This document shows, piece by piece, positions 43,187 through 56,158 of a stretch of 64,000 nt of DNA. This DNA comes from Schizochytrium sp. TIO01 (taxonomy: Eukaryota > Protista > Bigyra: Labyrinthulomycetes), in the NCBI GenBank assembly GCA_004764695.1, contig SMSO01000014.1:6624029-6688028 (forward strand), in the 5' to 3' direction. The notes below the pieces were generated by a model. It ran no database searches, had not been told where the DNA came from, and saw only the letters and a list, made by a program, of their open reading frames with translations. The position numbers and the translations under genes were made by a program. Positions within the stretch are counted from its first letter, which is position 1. Every line of letters starts with the position of its first letter.

Positions 43187-44392
43187 ATGACGGATCGAAA
43201 ACTCCAAGCTGAAGATGTTCGTGTTGGTCAACTTGTCCGTGTGGTAGCTCTCTCAGAGGAGGGTACTGTTGGTAAGGAAGAACAGCGAGTAGGCATGATT
43301 ACAATGTTTAATTGTGACGTCCAAGATGCAGACTTTAGTGTGGACGTGGAGTTCGATGATCCGCGATTAATTGCAATTGCACCAGAGGCACCTGGAGCGA
43401 TGACAATGGAGCCTCTCGAGATCCACAAGATCCCAGTCGATCGCCTGCGGCAGCTTGAAGCTTGGGAGCAGCAACAAAAATCGCAATATGATCAGGCCAG
43501 CCAAGCAACAAGTGATGGGAAAGACTCCACTGATCAACCTGACCAGGATAAGCTTTTGAGACGTGCACAGTTTCTTGCAGGGCGAGTGCGCGACTTTCGT
43601 AGCGCACGGGCGATTCTGCGTACAATGTTCCAAAATCTATCAGGCAAAGCATGTTCTGTTGGAGGAAATGTCGTTGTCTTCGAGCCAACTTACAGCGATA
43701 GAGGCTTGCTAAAGCCTGCAAAACTTGGTATGGTTGCAACTGCGGATGACGAAAGCGCTGAGGTCATGTCAACTGATGATGACGGTGCAGATATCGAGTT
43801 TATTGTTCCAGTCGCAAATTTAATTCCAGTACCAACCAAGCTAGACGACGCCTTATCCTACATAAAACTTGCATTAATGGCGGCTAAATTTGCATTGCAG
43901 CAAAAACCTGAGGCTACAACTGAGACAGTATGTCTATGTGCAGTAGTGATAACGATGTGCCAAAGCCTCATTGGTGGTGACGCACCTTTTGATGGAGAAT
44001 ATTCATCACTAGAAACCAAGAAAGCTGTTTCTGATTGGATTTTGGACGCACTTTTACTCAAATGTCGCGCGCATGTCCTTCAAAATAAGCTGACCGCAGC
44101 CGCAGTTGATGTCAAGCTTGCTGTGCAACGCGCCCCAAGCAACAAACAGGCACGGAAGCTCGTTGAAATCGTCAAACAGCGTCGAGTTCATGCGCAAAAA
44201 CAAGATAGAGCTTTAGCGAGAAGCATTTCCTCCTGGGTTCAAACGTCCGTGCTCGATAAGGAAGAGAGTCAAGACACAGAGTCGAGTGTAAACGCCGCTG
44301 GTCAGGCGCAAGCCGCATCGACATCACAGGCACCCAATGAAGACGGCAACGAATCATGGTCATCGTGGGCTAAGAACCGTTTCTTTTCTTAA
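43187..44392 (+). CDS. Hypothetical protein with two SH3/Tudor-like barrels and TPR helices
   Basis: 401-aa ORF with an FKBP-type terminal TPR (ALLLKCRAHVLQNKLTAAAVDVKLAVQRAPSNKQARKL) and two similar beta-rich segments. Confidence 0.7.
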   Translation: MTDRKLQAEDVRVGQLVRVVALSEEGTVGKEEQRVGMITMFNCDVQDADFSVDVEFDDPRLIAIAPEAPGAMTMEPLEIHKIPVDRLRQLEAWEQQQKSQYDQASQATSDGKDSTDQPDQDKLLRRAQFLAGRVRDFRSARAILRTMFQNLSGKACSVGGNVVVFEPTYSDRGLLKPAKLGMVATADDESAEVMSTDDDGADIEFIVPVANLIPVPTKLDDALSYIKLALMAAKFALQQKPEATTETVCLCAVVITMCQSLIGGDAPFDGEYSSLETKKAVSDWILDALLLKCRAHVLQNKLTAAAVDVKLAVQRAPSNKQARKLVEIVKQRRVHAQKQDRALARSISSWVQTSVLDKEESQDTESSVNAAGQAQAASTSQAPNEDGNESWSSWAKNRFFS

Positions 44393-47300
44393 TTCACATG
44401 TCATATTCTTGACTAATGATGAACTACTATTGTAGCAAATTTCTCCTCATGATCAAGCTCTTGGACTTTTGAAGAGAAGATCTAACTATAGGTAAAAGAA
44501 CAAGACATTTCCGAAATATCAATGCTGTTACTGGTCAGATGCACTCCTATCAATCAACTCACCGGGACTAAATTCTACGTTAATACAGATCAGTTCGTGT
44601 GACGGGGAAGGGAGCCTGCCTTCACTTTTCCAGCACTTAAATTATTACCAGATATTAATTACTTGGCAGTAAAATTCCACTCCCTTTGCGTGGCGACTTT
44701 TTGCTTCCAGGGAACGACATACCAATACACAACTGGGCTGCTTCGGGCTACCCAGGGCCTATCTCAGACCGCTCGCATCAAAGGCTACTCCTATCGATCC
44801 TTCGACCTAAGTTTCTACGCAAGTCAAAGCAACTATGCATGGGTCTGAGAAAGAATGGATGTTGACGCTTTTTCTTCTCTAAGTTTTCAGCTTCGCGCCC
44901 CAGCTTCAAGAAGAATCTCGATTTCGTCACAACCAGCAGAATGTTCGATAATTAGCTGGAAGCAGTATTTGCCAGAGTTTGTCTAGATTGCCTTTCACGA
45001 CGAACTCGAAAAAATAAATGATAAATAGCTGCCCAACACTGATAAGTCTACTGATCACCTGTCGATTTGCAGCCTGGAGCTGAACGGGACTGATCAAGCT
45101 GTAGCGATCGAGAATGTCTTTTTTCCGAACTGGGCACACGCCACATTCATTTATCAATCCTACTACTTCGACATCTTGAAGTTCTAGGTCCAAGCCACCC
45201 ATGTGGGCAGCTTTGAAGGTAGCTAGCTTTCTCTGACTTACTTTGCGGCAATGCAATAGGTGAGCGGGCTGTGCAAAGAAGTCAAGCTATTCACTCGCTC
45301 ATAGTCGGCGCGCGTGCATTCATCCACATACACACGCTCGCTCTTACGCACGCACGCACGCACATAAAGAACGTACCTATACCTTCAAGCAAGTTCGAAT
45401 TCGGAAGTGACTCTCCTAAATTTACAAAAGCTCTCCTTCTTCAAAGTGGTGATTGCGAAAGAGGAGGGAGTGTTTTTATATGAAACTCGCTTCTACATCA
45501 TTCTCTCCAAGATAGTTAATTTTGCAGATCGGGCCACGCATCAAAACCGTGTTTTGCATCCTTTGTACCGTCATTCTCTCTCCACCCTCAAAAGACATTC
45601 ACTGAGCATTGTGAATTGCAGCATTGCGGCCGCTCTCAAAGAATTATTATCTCGAGAAATGCAATTTACCCCAGTATGCACAAATCGAGGCCTAACCTCA
45701 CAAAATGGAAGCCAATCAAAGATTCTAATTCGTGAGCCTGAGGCAGTTCTATCGAACTTAAAGACAAGATTCGTCAATGTCTCCTAGATTGACACGGGCG
45801 CTGCTTCCAAAGGGTGCAATCTAAAGCGCTTGGTCAATCAATACACGAAAGAAGAAAGACCTATCTACCTTCCGTTTCTTCAAAAGAATAAGCCTGATAT
45901 GTTTGCTACTTTAAAACATCTTTTTTGATGGAGCATTTATTTAATTATGAAAATTATTATTAGTAGTAACTTGCTACATATGAATATATCTCGTAATAAA
46001 ATATATGTAATGTTTTTATTTTTATTTTTAAATTTAAAAGTAAAAGTAAAAGTGTTTACTTATTTGCACGCGCGTGCACATTGACATTAATTCACCCGTC
46101 GATCAAATCCTAAATCCCTACAAGCACGTACTCCTATCTTGTTGGGTAGATCAGAACCCAGTTCTATTTGAAGAAAATTATTCATTGGCCGCTTACTATT
46201 AAAATCAATAACCAGAAGCTCAGCTCTTCACTCCTAACGGGGGATTTCAAGGTAGGTGGTACCTACGCAGAATCAATTTTACTATGTGACTTGCAGGATC
46301 TGCCTCGATTTTGTTTGGCACTTATGTCATGCCAAAAGTTGTACACGGCCACAGGCGCGAACTGTGGAATAATGAGGGATATATTGGCGGGCACGTTCAT
46401 GGCATTATAGATAATAGCCCTGTTCGAAGAGACATTGTGTTGTTCTCTGACCAATATCTTAGACGATGGATTGAATCGGTTAGCCGCTAATAAGTGCCAA
46501 CCTTTCGAAATGGACGTCGCTCTCATGAGGTAGGTACATAGGTAGGTATCCATCTACGTGAATAGTCAGAGTCTACTCCAATCAATCAGTCTGCTTCGCA
46601 CTAAGCACCCATATCACTCATATCAATCATAGCTTGGGAACCTGTTTGGCCTTTTAGCACGTTACGGAGAATCTCTAGACAGCAGTTCAACTTCAAGTTC
46701 TGCGGAGACCGTGCCGTTCTGCGTACCGGATGAACTGTATGTAGAAAATTGGACGCCCAACAATATCCTGCAAGTTCTAACGCCGTACAGCTCAGCCCGT
46801 ATTTGATACGTTCGTCGCCGCTGCCTTGAACTTGCATTGAATAACATCATAGAATGCCATGCACGCGGCTAAGGCTCGGAACCCCAAAATGGCAAAGAAG
46901 CGTTATGATCAACAAAAAAAATATAGAAAAAAACAAACAAAAAAGCCTGAAAACTGTGAATGTCTAAACTGAAGTTGGTCTGTGCTAGCTGGCTAAAATG
47001 CATCACAAAGTGTGCAAAAGGTGATCTTCGAAGTGCTCAAGGCCGCACGAAAATGAATGACTTCAACTTGAACTTGAAGGAGGGAGGCCAAGCATTAATT
47101 TTACTATTCGTTTCTCCCTACTGTGTAAGACGACAGGTGTGTACGCGCAGCATCGTGCACGAAATCTCTGCGGAGCGTGTGCATGTGCTGGAGGTACAAT
47201 GTACCCCCCTTCGAGCAAGCCGCGGCTTTCACGCCTTATCAATATCTATTATGTGGCGCACGCCGGGCATTAGAGGGGGTACCGGGGGAGTAGTTACCCC

Positions 47301-48270
47301 GCGCTGGGAAAAGAATCCAGTCCATCAAAAGACACACAGACAGACTAAGAAGAAAATAAAAAGATTTTCAATGTTTCTGGTAGATCATCGAAATAAGAAA
47401 CAAAGAATTGAAAAGAGTAAATAGTAAACAGTAGCGCCAGTTTGATGGAAACCAAAGACTCACGGGGGAATTTGGCCGCAGCGTGTCTGCAGGGCCGCGC
47501 TGCGTGCAGCGATGCGGGGACGAAGGAAGGAGGTGGCAGCTCCGGGATAATTGATTTGGTTGGAGGCAGATCAATCGCTCCACTGCAAACCCTCGACGCA
47601 AGAAACTTTGGCTGCAATTCGCCGCTTCGAAGTACCTAGTATTGCAAAAAAGGACTTTTAAAGTGAAAGAAATGTAAGAGAAAAACACGTGCCGAGGCAG
47701 AGTCATAGCAGTCCTAAAGACAGCCGGCCATAGGGCAGACCAAAGGCACAGAAAGACGCCAGAGGCGACTGGAATCTGCCCAGAGGCTCCTCGTTGAGGC
47801 CAAAACCCCTGGGGTTCTGAACTGTCATGCCATTCAAGGTACCTTCTTCGAAGTTGCTGCGTTTACTGCGATTCTTTTTACTGTATAAATTTACTAATTT
47901 CTTTTTAATGCAATTTAAACAACAACTTGAAAGTAAAAAGGTGAATGAGTGAGTGAATGCATAGCGAATGAATAGGAGTAACAGTAGATGGCGTGACTAA
48001 AAATAAATGCCAAAGAAGATAGAAGGAGATAAAAGAAACATTGTGTATTGGAAAGGAAGTGAAACAAAGACACAAAGAGTCATCCACGTCTCAAACCCCG
48101 ATTGATTGATCGATTGAGCGAGCGAGCGAGCGATTGAGCGAGCGAGGCCAGCGGGCGGCGAACCAGCGAACAAGAGCACGGTGTCTGGCAGCTGAGCCGA
48201 CGCAGAAGAAGGAGGCCAACCAGGCAAGGTCTAAGCCCTCCTGCAAGAAACGGCCTCGAGCGCGGATCCG

Positions 48271-48575
48271 GTGAGGACTGGAATCGATTGCTTGGCTTTA
48301 CAATATTTTATTTCCTCTCTCTCTCTCTCTCTCTTTCCTTTGTGTAGTGTCATTGTTCACTCTTTCTGCGTGTGGGCAGATAAATAAATAAACAAACCAA
48401 CAAACAAACACCAAAGTCCGCGTGGAAGAGCGCCTGGATAAGTGGCGTGCTACGGAGTGCTTGACGCATTGGCACTGAGCCGCGTCTAGATTCTCGTTGT
48501 CAACTTCATCAGGCGATTACTGGGGCCTGTTGTTGTTGGTGGTGGCGGTGTTGTGATTTTTAGCTCTGTTGTTGC

Positions 48576-48612
<37 letters not shown>

Positions 48613-48806
48613 TCCTGTTGTTATATTTTGTCTGTTCTAAAAGCAGGCACGTCTCATTTCTACTTTTGCTGGGATTTCACGAGGATAGTAAATAGATACG
48701 TCGAGGATTTCGTGGGAGATTCTGGCGGCGTGCTGATTACTAACCCGTTGAACTTTTGTTTTGCATCCCTCTAATTTTGTTGTTTTCTTTTATTTTGTCG
48801 TTGTAG
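48271..48806 (+). other. 5'-UTR intron of the ARM-WW-PH gene
   Basis: GTGAGG donor at 48271, TACTAAC branch point at 48738-48744, a T-rich tract and a TAG acceptor at 48806. It contains (CT)n and (GTT)n microsatellites. The ATG at 48853 is in the context caaccATGG. Confidence 0.7.
48528..48609. repeat. (GTT)n microsatellite
   Basis: Visible in the sequence. Confidence 0.9.
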
Positions 48807-48852
48807 GCACGTGCAGGGAGTAACAGTTTATCATTCCACACGCGTTGCAACC

Positions 48853-51800
48853 ATGGGTGCAGGAGATCCCGCGCAGGTGAAGTCCATTGTGACATCGCTC
48901 AAGCAATATGCGAACTTTGGTCAGATGGCCAAATACAACTGCTCGTGTCTGATGAGTCACATCCTCCCACCTAACCCTGGCTGGAGAGAGAACGTCGACA
49001 CCTGTATCAAAGCTGGTGGCTTCGAAGCCATCGTCGATCTTCTTCACAAACACCCTAAGGACCTTGAGCTCCTCAAAACTGCCACAGACAGTCTTGCAGG
49101 ACTCACAACAAGCCCGGAAAATGCCGGCAGACTGGCCAGATGTGGTGGTGTCGAGGCTGCTCTTAAAGCAATGCTTGGCCTCGAGGGAATGGCAGAGACC
49201 CAGGACGGCGCCGAAGTTGCTGAAGCAGGCTCTGCTCTCCTCGAGAAGATGTCGCGATTCAACCCCAAGGCCATCATTGACTCTCCCGGCAGCATCGAGG
49301 CCCTTCTGGACGGTCTCCAGCACACCAAGAATGACCGTGTCAAGGCCGCATGTGCAACCGTTGCCGACCGTATCGGTATGTCGGAAGCTGGCCTGAAAGG
49401 CTCTTTTGGACAAGGGCGCTCTCGAAGCTTTCGTCAATGCCATCGCACCTGGTGTTGAGACTACTGAGGAAGTTCCTGAAACCCACATTCCGCCTTCTCG
49501 AGCGATTCGCAATGGACCCCGAAATCCTTGCTCTGATGAAGGAAATGGGCATTGTGGAGGCCCTCGTGGCGCAACTCGAAGCTCACTCTTCCAATGAAGC
49601 TCTCCTTCGCGCTGGTGGCCGTCTTTTGGCCCGTGTGGCTGGTGATGACCTTGAAGCTGCGATTGAGCGTCTTCGCCGCGGCGGTCTTAGTGAAGAAGCT
49701 CGCGAGTTTGCCACTGCGTTGTTATCCAATCTCGCCTTATCTCCTGAAAATGTTGAGCGTATCATCGCCAACGGTGGTGTTTCTGTATTGCTTGGTAACT
49801 TCTCACAGTTTAGCCCCAAAAGTCAGATTGCTGCAGCCAGAGCCCTTGGTCGTCTGGCGCACATGAACAAAGCTAACGCTGCTGAGATCATTTCGGCAAT
49901 GGGCGTTGAGGTTCTCGTGGATGCGATGCAAACAGATCCTCACAATGAAGAACTCGTGGCAGCTTGTACGCAAGCAATTTCGAACCTTGCAACTTCCAGC
50001 CTTGATAACGCAAATATTGTTGACGCCAAGGGTGGCATTCGTGCGGTCCTGGACTCTGTGCAACAGCAACCTGAGAATGAGGCTAACAGCCAAGCGGCGC
50101 TTGCAATGATCAGCCAGCTTGCCACACTTGGGTTTGACCCGAGCAAACTTGTGCAAATGGGCGCCGTCGAGAGCATTCTCACTGCAATGGCAGCAAACCT
50201 GGGTTCTGTGGAAGTTCAGAGATCCGGATTCCTTGGCCTTACGTCGCTCATGCGTGCAGAAAACTCATTTGCATCTAGTGGCCGTAAGAACGGCGGCGTC
50301 AAGACTGCATCTTTGGCAATTTTATCGTTCAGAAATGGTGTCAGTACGCTAAACAGTAGCCTCGAAACTCACCGCTCGAGGGACCAGGTCGTCGTACCTG
50401 CTGTTGAGTGTTTGGCCATTCTCTTGAGTCAAGAAAAATCCGCGGCAGATAAACTCGGACGCAGCAACACTATTGAGCCCGTGGTTTCTGCTGTCTACAC
50501 GCAAATCTACAATGCAGCTCTTGGTAGCGTTCAGTCGCACGGTGCATTGTCTCGCAGCTTTGAGACGAATGTACGTACAATCCTTTCCGCACTTGTAGCC
50601 AAACGCGATGCCTCAACTCAGGTTCGGGCGATTGGAACCGATTCCTCGGGTGTGTGCGCTGGGAAACAAGCAAGTGCCGAGACCCTCGAGGCCGGCATTA
50701 TGGCTGTCACCGTGTATTCATGGGAGCCGAGTTTGGCGAAGCAAATGTCAGCCGCTGGCTTTGCAGGCACTCTGGTGTCGAGCTTTAAGTCAATTGCGGA
50801 CAAGAGCGGACTTCCGATGCAGAACGACCTCATGGCTGGTTTTGCACTTGCGGCCTCCACATACGCGCGTGCTGGCACTGAGCACGTTGAGGCTCTTGAT
50901 GCAGCTGGTCTGCCAAGAGTTCTCATCGATACCGTTAAAAAGCACGTCAAGGCTATTGAGACCACAATCTGCTCCATTCGTAGTCTTCGTGCGTTCGCGC
51001 TCAGCACTCGCCTTCGTGAAAAGCTTACGTCGGAAGGTGCTATTGAAGCGAGTGTGGGTGCAATGCGTGCTAACTCCGAGCTCCCGAGTGTGGCACTCGC
51101 CGCCCTCGACTTCTTCTTGACACTTGCCAGCTCTGACGACCTTTGCAGAGATGTCGCGTTCAAGGGTGCCACACGACAGGGAATCAAGATGATTCAAGAT
51201 AACTCAGCGTCGGAGGACTTCGAACGCCCTGCAGAGCGCGCTTTGATGGTTATGGAGCGCGTTGCAGGAAGCCGAGAAGGCACCGAGGAGATCCGCAGCA
51301 ACCTTGTAAAGCAAGGTGCCGTGGACGCCACCACTTTGGCAATGGACGCGTACCCTTGGTCAGAGACTATCGAAAGCATCGGTGCCCGTCTCTTGAGTCG
51401 CTTGCTCGACTCCAACAGTGTTGAAGCTGAGATCGATAAGATGGAACACCTTGTAGCGGAGCTCAAAAAATCATCTCGTCCGGACTCCGTTCTTCCCAAG
51501 CTTGCGCGCTCTATGGCGACGGTTGGTGCTTTGGCACTATCTGCTGGTAACACGGAGGTCATGGTGCGAAAGAACGCTGCAGGAATTGTGGTAGATGCTT
51601 TGCAGACGATTGACGGTTTAACGTTGACAAAGGAGCGCGAGTACGCTCGCCGAGCAGGATTCCGTGCACTCGGACAACTCGCTGCTACGTGCGGACCGCT
51701 TGACTCAAGCCTTGGAGTAGAAGATCTCATTGTCAACGCGTTATCTGCACCAAACTCGCAAGTCACTCTTACAGAGAAGATTGGCGCTCTCAATTGCATC

Positions 51801-54800
51801 AAGAGTATGGCTTCGCTGGAGCCTGCTGCAAACGCGCTTGTGAGCGCTGGTGTTGTAGACCTGATTGTCAACCTCATCGAGGAGAACTCCAACGATGAGC
51901 CACTCCTTACGGCTGCATTTGGAGCTCTTGCATCACTTGCACAGCATGAATCCGGAGCACAAGCATGCACAAGCTTGGGGGTCAACAAGCAGGCCATGAT
52001 AATCATGCGTAACTTTCAAGACTCATGCTCACCACGTTTTGCTGAGGAAGGCCTCTCTCTCTTGGCCAACCTTGCTCTTGTTGATTCCAACATCAACGAA
52101 CAGCTCTCTGGAGGAGTCATTGACCTTGTCACCTCGTACCTTGACCAGCATTGCAGTGACCCAGCTGCACCCGAGCCACGCGTGCTCACTGCTGCAGTCT
52201 CAGAATTGCAACGCCTGTGCGTTACAGAGGACAATATTCGGTCAATTGTTCGCAAGGGTGCAGTGACCAAAGTCATTGACATCGCCAAGTCGAGTGTTGT
52301 TTACCAGAACGACCCAGAGTGCATGGAGGCAGTTCTCTTCTTGATTGAAACTTGTGCCATGCTTCCAGACACTCACGATGCCCTTGTTAAGGCTGGTGCT
52401 GTAGACTTGGTCATGTCTGCCATGAGCCAGAACGCCACCAACGAGCACGTTGCTGTGGTTGGATCTAAGGCTCTGCAATCTCTCCTGGGATCTAGCGGAG
52501 ACACTGTGCGTGCTCTTCTTAATGATATCACGAAGCTTGCATCACAGCTGAAGAAGAAGCCTACAGATCGTGATATCCAAAATGCGCTTTCAATTGCTCT
52601 GCGCAACCTTGCTAACTTGACCCTAGTTGACGGTGTCGTGACGCCCAAGACTGCCGGTGAGATGTCCAAGGTTGCTGTTGACACCATGGAGGCTGTGCAG
52701 ACGAGCATGCCCAGTGGCCCTGCTCGCAGTGAGTTGCTTGCGGCAGCGATTCAGATGCTCGGTCGCACAGCACTGATCCCGGGCGCGTCTTCAAAGATCG
52801 ATGCTGAACGGGCTGTGAAAAAGCTTCTAGCCATCATTCAGGAGAACCAGGAGTGACGATATGGTTCTGGAGTCTGCCATGTTTGCGTTGGGTAACCTCG
52901 CTGCCACAAACCCTGCGGCTGTTCGTGCAATGGCAGCAAACGGTGGTATTGCTCTTCTTGAGCAGACAATTAAGGGATCTGCTGAAAACGAACGTCTTCG
53001 AGATGCAGCTGCTCGTGCTCTTGACAAGGTGCGTGCTGCTGCGGCTGGTTCTGCAGGGGTTCTAGCTCGCGACGCTGTTGGCGCTAACGCCCTTGCTGAT
53101 GTTCTCAAGGCTGAGACCAACGATACTGCTGCAATGCAAGCCTTCTTGAATGAAATTGCCTCTGGTCAAACCGGAGGAGCTGACTTGCTTGCAATCCTTG
53201 GAGCTGATTCTTTTGCGGATGCTTCTCCGCGTGTCCGTGGTGCACTGTTGAAGGCTCTTCAGGAGCGTCTGGATGCTGGGGATGATTTGCAGATTACTTC
53301 TCCAGGTGAGATGGCTGCTCTCCTGAAGAGTCTTGAAACGCACCCGAAGGAGGCTCTCAGTATTCTTGGTGATATCAACCCTTCTTCTGCATCAGGGCCA
53401 TTCGTCGCACAGGGTGGTGTAGACAAGCTTCTTCAGTTGGTGCGCGACAACACCGGCAAGGATCCTGACGCAGTCACCCGTGCCTTGCGTGCTCTCAACC
53501 GTCTTGCGGCAAACAATAAGAATGGCGTGAGCAAGCTGATTGAAGGCAACGCAGCACCAACCATCACAGCCGCTATGAAGGCCCATCCTGATGATGAAGG
53601 ACTTGAATAAGGAGGCTGTTAGTTTACTCTCGCAGATGGCGGCACTTCGTGGCGTCGAGAAGACTGGTATGGATGCCGAGACCATGCGCCTTGTTAACAG
53701 GGCGCTTGACAGATGGGGTGCTGGTGATCATGACTTCAACGTAGATGCGAACAAGCTCATGGACGGCCTTTCGAACCTGTTCAAGGAGGACTCTGCTGAC
53801 ATGGTTGGCGCGCGACTTGACAATGCTCTGGCTGCTATGGGCGGTGCATCACACATTAAGGAGTTGTACGATGAGAACGGCAAGCCTTATTACTTCAACA
53901 CCAAGACTGGAGAAACCACATGGGACCCCCCTCAGGAGTACTTGGATGCTATGAGTGCTTTGGCTGCCGCAGCCAAGCTTACACAGGCTCACAAGGATAA
54001 CGTTCAAGAGGTTGATCCTTCAGTTCTTGCTGGTGCTGTGGCGAGATTCAAGCAACACGCGGACGAGCCTCAATTGTTGAAAAATCTTGCCGATGTCTTA
54101 AGTGTGTTGGCCACCAATGAGGCAAACCGTCAAGAACTTGTTCGCGCAGGCGGTCTAGAGGCAATCATTGCTGCACTTAATGGTGACAACGTTGACCCGG
54201 AGTTCCTTGCTGCTGCTCTTCACTTGCTTAACCAGTTTGCTCGTAATGACTTCTTTAAGAAGCAAATCGCAGAACTTGGTGGTATTGAGGCTATCATCTT
54301 AATTATGCTCAAGTTCATAGATCACATTAAGGTGGTTGAGAAGTGTGTGGCCCTTTTGGCGAACTTGTGTTACCAGGCCCCTGCCAATGTCGATCAGGTA
54401 ATCAAGTATGACGGTATTTCTGCTTTGTCAAAGGCCATGAATCGTTACCCGAGAGAGAACACTATGCTATATTCATCCATGGTTCTCTTGTCGAACTTGA
54501 TGTTCGGTAATGACGATAACAAGGTACAGATCTGCCATGACGTGGGCCTTCAGGTCATCCAGGTGCTTCGTCTTCACTTTTCAGATCCAAAGCTCTTCAA
54601 GGCCGCTCTCCGTGCCGTTGGTAACATGACCTTCATTGACGAAAACATTTACTTTGTTGTCACAAATGGAGCAACAAAGTGTATTGTTGCTGGTATGACG
54701 GCAAATGAGGATAACTTGGAGCTGCAACAGGTGGCTATCGAGGTCATTGGTAACATGGGCTCCTACAGTGAGGACGACCCAGGTCTTCGTGGTCGCATTC

Positions 54801-56158
54801 AACGTGGTGAGCAAGCTTCGGTATATGACATCATCGTTGTGGAAGGTGGCGCCAAGCGTATCTTGGATACTATCCAAAACTCCGATGAAGCTTCTCTCAT
54901 GATGAGTGGTCTTGAGGCACTGTCAAATTTGTCGTCAAGCGCTGTGGTTGTAGACAAACTCGTACACATGGGTATTGTTCCTGTGGTCTTTGAGGCCATG
55001 ACAAAGTACGATTGGGACGAGGACCTTGTTGAAAAGGCTATGCGTCTCGTGGCGATTCTCACCTACTCTTCAGATGCCGTCAAGGTAATTGAAGAGTGTG
55101 ATGGTGTCCAAGTAATCTTGGCCGCTATGGAGGCTCATGAAGACCAGGCTGAGTTCTTGGCCAATGGTGCTGCTGCCCTTAAGAACTTGGCTGCTGTAGA
55201 ATCCTTGCGCGAGGAGATTGGCAAGCTTGGTGGTGTTCCAACAATGCTTCAGCTGTGGGAGAAGAACTTACGTTCGTTGCTCTTTTTGCAGGAGGCCACT
55301 ACGCTGTTCATCCGCCTCTCGCGCTCAGAGCACTTGTCTGAGGAAATTACCACCAAGGGTATGAACTTGATTCTCGAGGCTCTCGAGGTCTACAAGGACG
55401 ATGTTAGCTTCTTGGTGCCTGCATTTACGTTGATTGGTCACCTCGCCTTTGCTCCGGCCAACCTCAAGTCTATCATTCAGTATGGTGGTGTAACTGTGAT
55501 TATTGACAGTATTCTTGAGCACCCGGAGTCAAAGGCTCTGGTGATTCGCGGTATTCAGAGTTTGGACAACTTGGCTTCGACTTCTGCCGAACACTCCAAG
55601 ATTGTCAAGGATGCCGGTGGCCAGGAAATGATCAAGGAGGTTTCTGCTGCTTACGCCAACGACAACGAGGTTGTTCAAGTTTGCAAGTCTGCGCTCTTGT
55701 CTATGCAACCCACTGTGCAGCGGCGTAAGGCCCGTCCTCGGTACGTCTTTGGCGACCGCAACGACGATTACAAGCCCAGTGGTGAGGACCCGCTTCGGGA
55801 GTACCGTAATATGCTTAAGACCGGTGCCGTGTTCACTATGTATGTAAATGGTTCGCCTCAGAAGCGTCATCTTATGGTTAAACCTGACTGGAAGTCTATT
55901 TCATGGAAGGATCCTAAGAAGGGCGCACGTTCCGAACAGTCCCTGTATCTGCGTGATATTCGTAATGTGCGTTCAGGTCTTCATGATGGACACAAAAATC
56001 GTCGCCGCCATGTTGACGAGAAATGTGCATTTAGTATCATTGCTCGTGCCACAAGTCTTGACCTCGAGGCAGGTACTGAAGAGGACCGTCGCCGCTGGGT
56101 CGCGGCGCTGTCGGCACTCATTATGACGTACCGTAATGAGCCGCAATGGCTTCGTTAA
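48853..56158 (+). CDS. Single giant armadillo-repeat protein with an internal WW domain and a C-terminal PH domain (~2433 aa), interrupted by four +1 frameshifts
   Basis: The ORFs starting at 48811, 49406, 49350, 52861 and 53591 step +1 each time. Removing 4 nt leaves 7302 nt, or 2434 codons, with continuous ARM repeats (e.g. GGIEAII..M, LLANL). WW domain: DENGKPYYFNTKTGETTWDPP. PH domain: ..FSIIARATSLDLEA..EDRRRWVAAL. Confidence 0.82.

Noticed and set aside
48790-55870. Many antisense ORFs, and the reading of the ARM locus as 4-5 separate genes or as having tiny introns
   Set aside because: The junctions have no GT-AG introns or intergenic space, and single-base removals give continuous ARM repeats.
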